Shown here: one piece after another, positions 24,761 to 36,201 of the stretch
Layout of the letters: every line of letters starts with the position of its first letter
Position numbering within the stretch: position 1 is the stretch's first letter
Source: Octopus sinensis
Lineage: Eukaryota
Assembly: GCF_006345805.1 (NCBI RefSeq)
Contig: NC_042998.1
Location: 175,336,001-175,400,000 of the forward strand
DNA: 64,000 nt
Reading direction: 5' to 3'
Program-made: the position numbers and the translations under genes
The notes under the pieces: model-generated
The model's database searches: none
What the model was told of the DNA's origin: nothing
The model's input: only the letters and a program-made list of their open reading frames with translations

Positions 24761-26000
24761 CAGGGTGGCCCAAAAGTAGGTTTACAGTTATTCAACTATC
24801 TCTTTTGCATTCATATATTAACATGTAGTGGACCCCTAGTGAAATCCTCTCTCTCTGACATATATAACATAAATACGGACGTAGCAGATAACAGCCAGCC
24901 TTCGGCCGCTTAGGCCCAGTTGTGTCCATTACTCTGATTGGTTGGTGTTGATGCAGTTTATATCTTTCTTTATTTACGCGCCAATATGCAACCTAACCAA
25001 TCGCAACCTTCTGATAAGGTCCCGTGACACAGTCTTCTAAATTTTCTCTGGAGCCTATTATTTGCTTTAAAAGCTTCAGTGATTCACCCTATCTTGTCTT
25101 TGGTTCTCACCACTGACCACAGAGCACCCAGCGACATGACAACACCACTAGCAGTATTCCAGACCTTCACCACCAATGCCTTCATCTTAACGTCGCCTCT
25201 ACCACCATCGCCTTCAGCTTATCAATGCCACCAACATCAATATGTACACAGCAACTCGCTCAGGTGTAACTTCACACTGTTTGTGAATATTTCACCATGG
25301 TTAACAGCAAGTGTACCTGCAAGAACCTTCTGTACAAAGTAACCCAGCACAGCATAGAAATCACAACCTCTACACGTGTAGTAACCGGTTCTGCATTGTG
25401 ACCTCAACCTCTTGTACAGAATTCCAATTATTGTGTATCTTACTACGAACTGGTATTATCTTTCTTCATTGTGTCTGAACTTCTAGCATCCTGTTATAGA
25501 CTTTTTCTATTGCTCTGTAGTTTATCTCACATGCATACACCTTTGTTTGTACACACATACACATTATTGTATGCTTGCCGGCCTGTCTTGTTATTATTAT
25601 TATGTACGTACTTATGTCGCACTCACAGACATACACTCTGCTACCCACATGCTAACATCTAAATAAAACCTTTTTGTTACATTCTACGGTTGTGTTGTTC
25701 TCTCTTATTCCTTTTGGCACTTATTTATTTATCCATATTTTGGCTTTTATTGTAAGGCGATTGTATGGTCTTTAAAGGAGTCATTCATTCGTCACCATCT
25801 CCTTTTTGCACGGTCATTCTACAAACAGTTTAGATCTTAATTATAAAAAAAATATGAAACCATTATTCTATGCAAATTTAGCTAATTTTGTCAAGCTCCC
25901 TTCTCATTTTTTAAGATAGAAATTTAAATATAATAAAATGTTTTAAAACAAATTTGAAGTGTCAACGTGATAACTGTAAACCTGCTTTTAGGCCACCCTG
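24761..26000. mobile_element. Tc1/mariner-type MITE with 30-bp TIRs and TA TSD, carrying a ~1 kb nested insertion
   Basis: TA|CAGGGTGGCCCAAAAGTAGGTTTACAGTTA ... TAACTGTAAACCTGCTTTTAGGCCACCCTG|TA (28/30 match). Confidence 0.92.
24841..25823. repeat. ~1 kb LTR-like interspersed repeat, copy 1 (inside the MITE)
   Basis: Colinear homology with 59673-60643 over the whole length; several CCAAT/ATTGG boxes; AATAAA near 25662. Confidence 0.8.
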
Positions 26001-26047
26001 TATATGACAGAAGCTAATAGAGCTATTGGGGGAGAGAGAGAGAGAGA

Positions 26048-26236
26048 ATTTCTTTATTCACCATAAGGTTGAGAAAAAGAGGGGACAATACGGGGACAGG
26101 CAAAACAAACGTTGGGATCAGGGTATCGAATGAGACGAAACGTATGAATAAACAAACAATTAATATATATACAATTAAATGAGAATGAGTGATTAACAAA
26201 AAAATGAAGCGGAGGACACGGTTGACCCCACAAACC
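26048..26236 (-). mobile_element. 5'-truncated Tx1-type 3' UTR lying in a (GA)n tract
   Basis: Shares GTGGGGTC..CTTCATTT and ATTGTCCCC..CCTTATGG..AATAAAGAAAT with the 3' UTR of the 31-36 kb element. Confidence 0.7.
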
Positions 26237-27964
26237 ACAGAGAGACTTGCAGCAGCTACGTTTGCTGATGAGAGAGAGAAAGAAAGAGAATGTATATATA
26301 TATGACAGATGCCAATAGAGTGATTGAGAGAGAGGAAGGCAGAAGTATATACACAAACACCCCATAATATGGCCAAACAAGCTTTTGTAGATGACTGGAA
26401 ATGAAGGATACCGCTTGTATGACTGATGCTCGTTTACTACAACTATCACACAATACATAAGCAACGTCAAGATAAGAAAACACAAATACGTGCGCGCACA
26501 CACACATTCAACGGGGTTCTTTCGGTTTCTGTTTACCAGTTTCACTCACAAGGCTTTAGTTAGTCCATGCGGTTAAGAAGCGACAGAACATTACTAGTGT
26601 TAAGTTATAGTCGACTGTCATGAAGATTTTTTAAACTCAAAAGCTTACAAGACGGAAACCTTTTCTTTGGTTTCAAAGTATTTAAAAAAAAATTTATTAT
26701 TTCAAAAAGTAACGCTTGTGTCAACGTTTCATTAGTTCGAAAGAGACAAGTAGACAAGAGTTGCAATGCCAAGTGTAGGTAGCCTACTCAACAACGATGG
26801 GTTATAGATTGAGAACGAGAGGTTTGTTTCAGGAAATATTATTTTAAAGTTTGATATTGTGTAACACAAGCAATAGGTTGGAAAAATTACAGTAACATCG
26901 GGAAAATCCGTGAGAACACCAAATAAAATTACTCATACGCTGTTCGCTTTCCAGACATTTGTACATTACTGCATATACTTTATACGCACTTTTGACAAGT
27001 TGTGGTGCACCTGAGCACTGTATACAATAATTTCATTATACCCCACTTTTGACCAGGCTCCCGTGGCTTTTATGGGTTTTTCCACGTGAGACCTTTTCTT
27101 TTTTCGAAGTGTCTCCTCTATAGGGAGTTTTTCGTTGTTAAAATTTTTGATTGTTAAACTGCTTTTTACTCGTTTTTTTTTTTTTTTTTCACAAACGGAC
27201 AAAACCTTTTGTAACCTTTTGTCCTGTTTTGTCCCTTTATGTTTTCCAATCATATTTGTCAGCCCTCTGTGGCCAATAAAAGAATTAATTATTATTATTA
27301 TTATTTTATGACACGGGACTGAGACAATTGATCCTCTATCTTTCATACACACCCAAATTAAACTAGCATCCTCTAGATTTGACAACTTTCTAAACGTCAC
27401 GCAGATACATTCACAGAAACTTTGAAACGTGGTACAAGGGAAGTAACTATCAAAGCTATTGAAATCTATTTTTTTTTGCTTTTCTTTGATGTTCAGTTGA
27501 GAATCTGGATTAAACTAATTCAAACCTAACAACAAATAGAAGGGTTCCAGTTTCTATCGAATTCAAGAATATTTGTAAATGCTTTTAAAATGCATACATA
27601 AAATCTAAGAGACTTTCATTTCTCATTTCGTTTTCAATGAATGACTGACCAAGTTATTGGAAAGAACATATTAGTTACTTTCTATAGTTATTTACTAAGG
27701 TTTATGTGAGTTTCAAATATATCTTCATCGACTGTTCTCCAGTGAAGAACTGTATGTATGTATGTATGTCATTATTCAGTTTATTTCAGAATTTCTTGCC
27801 AATAGAGAAAGAACTGGTTTCTAACCTAGATTCAAGGCTCCTTCATTGGAATTTCAACATCAACAGGGTATTTTTGTTTGTTTGTATGTATGTATGTGCT
27901 GATTGGTGTTTTATGTATGTATCCTCATGCATATAGTTACATATCTAAACAGGTTCATATATAT

Positions 27965-28335
27965 TTAAATGATAAACTTCTGGAAAGTTTTACAGATTTT
28001 TACAGTTCCAGTGAGGGATTGGATCAGTAGTCTTCAAATTAGCTTTCTCCTTTCTGGTTTAGAGAAGCCTAATTTCTCAAGATTGGTATTTAAGCAGTGC
28101 GTTACATATCCCAGGGTCCCAATAATTACAGGTATAAACCTGAACTTGTAATCTAGATAGAGTAACTGTAGATTTTTCAATAGTTCAGCATAGGTGTTCT
28201 CTTTTTCACTGATCTTCAGGTTTATGTTAACATCTGCTGGGCAGCCAATTTCCACAGCTGTGCACAATTTCTCTTCTCTACCCCAAATCATTATTACAGG
28301 TCTGCTGTGCTTACATTTTATTGAGGTCTTCACTA
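27965..28335 (-). mobile_element. R4/Dong-like non-LTR element, C-terminal REL endonuclease region; second fragment at ~29430-29535
   Basis: KHSRPVI.IW..VEIGCPADVNI..K..EK..Y..L..IPVIIGTLGYV..L.KLGF..GTVKICKTF; second fragment ALGYVTDCLKTKLEKL. Confidence 0.75.
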
Positions 28336-28399
28336 GTACATTACACTAGTACATTATAATGAGTGGCAATGGCTTTTACCTTATTGTGCGTTTATATTT

Positions 28400-28880
28400 C
28401 TTTGTATGTATGTATACATGTAGGTGTATGTGTGCCTATGTATGTGTATATGTATGTATGCATGCATATATGTGTATGTCTGTATATATGTGTTTATGTA
28501 TGTGTATATGTATGCATGTATGTACTTATGTATACATGCATGCATGCGTGTTTGTGCATGTGTATATGTATGCATATATGTATTTATGTATGTATACATG
28601 CATGCATGTGTCTATGTATGTACACAAGCACACATGTATGGTACACATGAATGTATAGACATCAGCATCATCATCATCCTTTAATGCCGTTTTCCTTGCT
28701 GGCATGGGTTGGACGGTTTGACATGGGTTGGATGGTATGTATGCATGCATATATGTGTATCTGTATATATGTGTTTATGTATATGTATGCATGTATGTAT
28801 TTATGTATGTATACATGCATGCATGCATGTGTCTATGTATGTATGTACACAAGCACACATGTATAGTACACATGAATGTA
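28400..28880. repeat. Complex (TATG/TG/TA) low-complexity tract with an internal ~222-bp duplication
   Basis: Directly visible; source of several spurious ORFs. Confidence 0.9.
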
Positions 28881-31519
28881 TAGACATCAGCATCATCATC
28901 CTTTAATGCCGTTTTCCTTGCTGGCATGAGTTGGATGGTTTGACAGGAGCTGGTCAGCTGAAGAGCTGCCCAGGCTCCATGTCTGTTTTGGTATGGTTTC
29001 TATGGCTAGATGCAATTCCTTATGCCAACCACTTTACAGAGTGTACTGGATGCTTTTAAGCAGCACCAGTATGGGTACTTTTCACATGGCATTGGCACCC
29101 ATGAACCTGCAAGATTAGGAACACTTAACTGAAGAGAGATGCAGGGGACATGCCTTTATGCAAGGACAACTACATATTTACTCAAACACAGCAAACTGCC
29201 AGAAGTTTTAGTCCACTGTTATTCTCTCTGTGAGGCCCGTCTGAAGATCCTTTCTTACCACTTCATCTCATGTCTTCTTGGGTCTACTTCCCCTACAATT
29301 AGAGCTTGGCACTACTTGATGCAACTGTCTTCATTCATACATGACCACACCAGCACAGTCTTCGCCCTTGCACACTACATCTGGTGCAAATACATATATG
29401 TATAGGTATATTTAACATATTTGATAATACCTTTGATAGCTTGTAGCTGTTGTCTCTTGACTGAGTATGAGTCTTGTGAAATCCAGCTTCTCAAGTTTGG
29501 TCTTCAGACAGTCACATAACCAAGTGCTCTAGTAATTCTTTTCTACTCTAGGCACAAGGCCCGAAATTTTTGGGGAGGGGGCCTATCAATTAGATCGACC
29601 CTAGTACGCAACTGGTACTTAATTTATTGACCCCAAAAGTATGAAAGGCAAAGTCGACCTTGGTGGAATCTGAACTCAGAACATAAAGAAAGATGAAATA
29701 CCACTATGCATTTCGCCTGGCATGCTCCAGTAATTCTGTAGTGTCTGGGGAGAGTCATTTTCTTTTTGTGCCTTATAATGTAACACACTCACCAGTAAAA
29801 TTTCCACTTATTTCTTATTTTTATTTTCTTAAAATTTTTGTAGCATCTTGCAAACTTTTCAATAGTTTTGACTCTCCCCAGACACAACAGAATATGCTTC
29901 AACACACAAACTCATATAAATAATCTTGCAAACCAAATCCAAAAACGAAATCTAAATTTATAGTTTAGATGAAATAACAGCAGATTCTTGTCAGCTCAGT
30001 TTAACTTCTCTTAGTCAACTGAAGAGAATAAGAGGAAGTTAAACAATATCATCATCATCAGAGGAGCAGTAGTTGTAGCAGCAGTATCACTATCATTTTA
30101 ACATTCATTTTTCCATGTTTGCATGGATTGGATAGATTTGAGGCAGCTTTTCTATGGTCAGATGCCTTTCTTGTTGCCAACTCTCACCTGTTTCCAAGCA
30201 AGATATTTCCCAATAGCCAGACATTTTTTTGCAGAATGTTGAAAATGAATGACATTGCTTGTATGTTGGTGACATTCATTTGCAGCTATCATATGATGTC
30301 AAGACACAGAGACACAAACACATTGCACACGCACACACTTATATATACATACACACGAGATGCTTCTTTCAGTTTCCATCTATTAAATCCACTCACAAGC
30401 TTCTTAACCGCACAACCAAGTTGACCCTATATGTGGAAGAGAGTATAAATTTCAATCAAAATCATCATCATCATCGTTTAACGTCCGTTCTCCATGCTAG
30501 CATGGGTTGGACGGTTCGACCGGGGATCTGGGAAGCCAGAAGACTGCACCAGGCTCCAGTCTTATCTGGCAATGTTTCTACAGCTGGATGCCCTTCCTAA
30601 TGCCAACCACTCCGTGAGTGTAGTGGGTGCTTTTTACGTGCCACCTGCACTGGTGCCAGGTGAGGCTGGCATCGGCCACGGTCGGATTAGTGCATTTTAC
30701 ATGCTACCTGCACGGAAGCCAGTCGAGGCGGCACTGGCTTCGGCCACGATTCGGATGCTTTTTACGTGCCACCGACACGGAAGCCAGCCGAGGTGGCGCT
30801 GGCATCGGCCATGATTCGGATAGTACTTTTTACGTATCTCCAGTCCAGGGGTCCTGGCATCTGCCGGGTGCCAGTCATAGGAATGGTTCAATTTCGATGA
30901 GAAAATAACAGATAAAATGGTTTAATTCTACTACAATCATAGAATAGGAAAATATATTCTCCACTAGTAAATAAATTATTCTGGCTCTGGTGAAATTAAT
31001 CAATTACAAAAAAAAGCACCCAGTACACTGTGGAGTGGTTGGTGTCCAGCTGCACAAACTAAACCAAAACAAACTATGGAACCTGGTCCAGCCCCTGGCC
31101 TTGCTAGTTCCTGTCAATGTGTCCAACCCATGTTAGCATGGAAAACAGACGTTAAATGATGATGATGATGAGTAAAATAATGTTACATATGAGCATCAAT
31201 TTTTATATGCCAACTAAAAACACAGAAAAAGTGAATGTAACAAATTAGACTTGAACTATTTCTTTATTATCCATAAGGATTAACACAGATGGGGACAATA
31301 CAATGATTTGGGGTCAAAACATGGAACTTTTTACAATGAAATCGGATGGATTATTTACAGTGAAATCGGATGGGTTGTTTACAATAGAGTTATAATGAAA
31401 ATGAAATCGAATAAGAACAAACAAACAAAAGGAGACAAATGAAGTTAAAAGAACAGGGTAGCCGACCCCACGAGCCCCGTCATTTCAGCTGAAACTTTTG
31501 GTAGGTGATCATGGCGTGT

Positions 31520-34500
31520 TCATGCAGGGCCTTTCACACCCAGCATCTGTGCTACATGCATCCATCTTTTTTTGAATACAGACTCTGACAGACACCTTTT
31601 CTCTAGCTCCACCTTCCTCTTCAGATGGAACCTGAAGAAGTTCGTTAGGGCGGTGCCAGAGATCATGGTGTCTGACATTAAACCTTTCACTCTAGTCTTC
31701 CATATAACCTCTTTCGCAACTGCTACTGTCGCGAGAAAGCAATGCTTACCTTCGTTCGTCATGAAACCAGGCGGGTCAATTTTAAAGATTGACTCAGACG
31801 ACAGCTGTACTCTTCCCTCGTCCGACAACAGGTGTTCGGCATAAACCCACACTTCCGAAATCTCCGGACATTTAACAATGGCGTGCAGGACTGTTTCCAC
31901 ATCCTGTCCGCATCTTGGACAGACCGAAGGTCCACTGTGACTATGCCTTGTGAGTTTATCTCGAACGGGTAAGGCTCCTCTGTAACACTGCCAGGCCAGG
32001 GACTTCTGAAAGTTATCCAGCGTCCCTGGTCTGAATGTCCTTTGGAACAGGCTGTCCAACTGATTACCATCGAGACCCAGGGTCCTTCCCAGGGTATCGT
32101 CATTTCCGGCCTCTACCAACCTGCTATAGAACGCTGCGGTTGTACCAAAGCCACTGGCATTGCCCGAGTTGCAGAAGCGTACGAGAGCCTTCCGGCACTC
32201 TGAATACCACATACTTGATCTTAGTCTGCGACGAAACCAGGTTTCTCTACCACCAAAACTGGCAAAGCTGGGGAACGTCCGTTTTGCGAGCAGGGACAAC
32301 ACCCGTTCACCTTCCAGGTAGAGCCAAAGATGCCTTAACCTCAGCGCATGTCTGCGCATCAACAGCCAAGGCATCCCTAGCCCACCCTTTAACGGTTTTT
32401 GACAACAGATAGAACGTCTCACAAAAGGAGTGGAACCTTTCCACAAAAAGCGAAAGATTTGCCTCTCCAACTTGTTCACCCACGAATCCGGACAGGGGAC
32501 GACGGTTAGGCGGTATATGATGACCGATGCCATGAAAACATTGGCCACCTCCGCCCTTCCTTTCAAGGATAGCCACCTTGCTCGTGACCTCGGACCAGTT
32601 CTTTTTTATCTGGAGGCCTGGACCAAACCAGACCCCTAGCAATTTAACCGGGCCCTCCGTCCAGCATCCCACGATGCTGTTCGAAGGCATCGGCTTGCCA
32701 ACCCAGGTGCCGAGTTGCAAGCCGACTGACTTTTCCCGGTTGATTTTTGCTTCTGTCACCGCCTCGTACTCCTTGATGGTGTTTCCTACATTCTGTAGGA
32801 GTTCCACCTCAGTCACGATGATGGTGATATCGTCCGCATACGCAGTAACAGAACCTCCACCTCCTAGGTTCGTCGGGATGACGCTCAGCTTTCGCAGTAA
32901 TGGCTCAAGGGCCATCACGTATAAAAGCGGGGAGAGCGGACACCCTTGACGAACTGACTGTTTGATGTGGAATGGCCTAGAAAGCAGACCATTCACCCGT
33001 ACGATCGAGTCGATGTTGTCGTATAACTGTGTGATCCACCCGAGGAAGCCGGCACCCAGCCCGAACTGTGCTAGCACAGACTCCAGGTAACGATGGTTCA
33101 CCCTATCGAATGCTTTACTCTGGTCTAAGTGGACCAATGCCCCACCCTTGCCAGTGTTATTCTCAAACCCTTCTATGGTGTAACGTATGAGGTGAAGATT
33201 GTCCTGAATTGTTCTTTTGGGGACTGCACAGGTTTGTGCCTCCCCGATCAGATCTTTCGCGACACGCGTCAACCTTTTCGTCAATACCTTGGCCAAAATC
33301 TTCACCTCTGCGTTTAGCAGGGTGATGGGCCTAAAATTATCTATTCTGTCCGCCTTGTCCGGGTCTTTCCTGATCAGCGTCACCACTCCTCGGCGTACAG
33401 ATCTGGGGATCCTCCCATTCTGATTCCAGTTCGCGAAGACGCTGGCCAATATTGGCCTGAACAAGTCTGGCATACTTCTATATAATTCGTAGGGTAAACC
33501 ATCGAGTCCCGGTGCCTTACCTCTGCCGCAGTCAGCTATGGCCTCCGTAATCTCCTCAAGTGTGATTGACCCTTCACAGCTCTCCACCCCCCACTCCGAG
33601 AGGCGTGGCAACCCGGCGAGGAGGCACGTGAGGTCCACCCCAGCCCCCGAAAAGGTGGGCGAAGTGCTCCTGAAAGGTCCGACACATCTCCTCTGGTTCG
33701 CTTACCACATCACCCTTCTCGTTCGTCACAGACTTGACTGTGGAATCATTTCCGTGTTGAGCCTCCACAACTCGTGCCCATCTAGCGGCCTTAGTACCCT
33801 CGCTTCCCATTGCGCGGATTCTAGCCCTGACGATACAACCCATGTGTTTGGCTTCGAGGTGCTGGTTCAATTCCAGTCTCTTCGCTTTCACCAGGGTCCC
33901 ATCACCAGACCTTATGGCTTCTTCTAGAGCTTTAGCTAGTCCCTCTTCTTTCTTACGCCTTTTCGTTGCTAGTCCTATGCTATATCTGATGGACTCGTAT
34001 TTTATGGCTCTCTTGAGCGCTAACCACCATTTATTGTTGAGAATGGAACCGGTTAATGCCCTCTGGATTAGTAACCTAATCCGGTTTCTGTACTCCTCAA
34101 TCGCCAGAAGGGACTTATTGAGTTTCTAGTAACCGGTTCCTCTTCTACATACGTTATCTAAGTACAGCTTACTCGTGACCATCTTGTGGTCGCTGTAGCT
34201 GACCAAGTGGAACAGTGGACACTTAACTATGTCTTTGTCTAGTTTTCTAATGAGAATCCTATCTATATAAGATTTGGAAGACCCGTCGCTATTTGACCAC
34301 GTCCACAGTGGAGCGTTCGGGAATTCCAGTCTGTATGGATCTACTAGCTGGAAGCGACTCAGCAGATCACGGAAGTCACTGTTAGGTGTCCTATTGTTTT
34401 TGGAGCCACCACTATCGACACGCGCATCGACGATAGCGTTAAAGTCCCCTAGCATCACTATGGATTTTGACGTCCCTAAAAATTTCTCCAGGCCCCGAAA

Positions 34501-34860
34501 GAAATCAGTCTGTTGTGTTTGGGGTGCGTACACCGCCACCAGCCTGATCTCCTTACCACAACTGAATGTCAGATCCAGAACGACCAGTCTGCCCTCTGGG
34601 TCAACAAAAATCACCTTTTTCTCCGAAACTCTATTCCTTTTAAGTAGGATCAACACCCCACTTCCGCCCCCCTGCCGACATGGAGAGATATATCTCTCAT
34701 AGCCATTTAGGAGCGGGAGTAGATCTCTTGGCCCTTTTAACCGAGTTTCAGTAGCTACAACAATATCTAAATTGTGTGACCTGATGTCATTCAGAAAACG
34801 CCCCTGTTTCCAGTTCATCATCAGGCCACGCACATTTATACAGCCTACTTGAACAGCCAT
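31520..34860 (-). pseudogene. Tx1 ORF2 (APE endonuclease - RT - CX2C..HX4C), three lesions
   Basis: INVRGL..ETRL, GDFN and SDH endonuclease motifs; TAG at 34126-34128 where GYWKLN is expected; frameshift in a G-run near 33645-33655; RT motifs KAFDRV, QGCPLSP, YADD; deletion/frameshift near 32570; CPRC..ETVLHAIVKC. Confidence 0.93.
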
Positions 34861-34867
34861 AAATCAC

Positions 34868-36201
34868 TCACCTTGCTCCTACTGAGTCCGGGCGGTGGGT
34901 AACCGCCTCCTCTTCGACCGGGTCTCGTGGGTTCGGCTGGATCAGGCCCTCGTACAGGCGGTTCGAGACCTCCATCTGCAGAGGGCCCACATCCTTCCTG
35001 AAATCGTTCGCCAGCACATTATAGGCTTTGTGATTTATTTTATAGATCTTTATTAGATCCTTCTTTAGCTGGTCTTCCACCTCTATCTCTTGTAGGTGCT
35101 GTGTTTCTACACGTCGCATCACCTCACTGTCAACCGTCCGGATCGTGACGAAAGCGTTGTTGTTGTTCTCCGGCTTTTTTGCCTTTTTGATGTCCCATTT
35201 TTTCCTTCGGCTTTTCCTTTTTCCGGGGATGGATTCCTGTGCTTTCTTTTTGAGGCAGCGGCTGTCCATCCCTCCCCTTCTTTCTCCTCTGGTGTTGACG
35301 TTGTTGGTTCTACTGTTGCTGGAGTAGCAGAGGTTTCGGCAGAGGTTGAGCGTTTTGCTGTTCTGCCTATTCCTGCCGGCTCGCAGTTTTTCCTGATGTG
35401 TCCCTTTTTTCCGCATAGGAAACACCTGGGTTGGCGACCTTCCACCATGACTGACAAGCGGTTGTCACTGATATCTATCACCTCGGTGAACTCATCTAAG
35501 GTGGCTGGTTCGGCCTGCAGTGTGATAGTTACTTTCTGGCCGACCCAGAATTTTGCTTCTTCCACCACCGCGCTGATTATGTTTATTTTTTCCCTGAGGC
35601 CCGAGGTTGCGGCCGCCACCAGTCTCTCGGGCTCTATTTCGGGAGGGATCCTTGTGATTGTAACTTTTGTGGTCCTTCTACCCATATATATAGGTAGGAG
35701 GAAAATCTCATCCGACTTCAGAGGTTCCACTGAGTGGAGTCTAGCTTCTTCCACTGTGCCGAACCTCACTTCGACCGTGGCAAATTTTTTCCCTCTGGAA
35801 ATAAATTTTATTTTGTCCCATACAGGACCGAGGCACTTCTCTACTTGGTTTTCAGTGGAGAACCCAATTTTTCTCTCTTTGACATTGTATGTTTTAAAGA
35901 TTACTGTTCTCCGTTCGACGTCCTCCTGTGTCTCCCTGGGTTGTATCATTTTGGTCTCTGATCCGGACCTTGTGATGTACAGCTCTAAAGCGTCCAAATT
36001 TTCTAGGCATATCTCCGTCTTTTTCCCTCCAGCCGCTGTTGCGAAGTTCAGTGTTTCTTTCACGGCACCTGCCTCGAAGCTTGGTGCCGCTATAATCCTT
36101 CTTGCTACTGGTTTCCTTTTGTCCGTGTCCGACTCCAGGTCTGATGATGGTTTTGGCTCACGGATTTCAGATTCTGCTATTTCTCTCTCTGAGTTTGCCA
36201 T
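34868..36201 (-). pseudogene. Tx1 ORF1 (gag-like, CFLCGKKGHIRKNC knuckle), apparently split by a 1-nt loss in an A6 run near 35198-35203
   Basis: ORF-track 35119-36219 gives the N-part (first ATG at 36201). The 3' half of ORF 34868-35425 gives the C-part, which ends 7 nt before the ORF2 ATG. Confidence 0.8.

Noticed and set aside
28359-28906. Cluster of 60-99 aa ORFs (MCVYM.. types); likewise 60945-61375, 18045-18413 and 6125-6501
   Set aside because: Stop-free translations of TA/TG/CA microsatellites.
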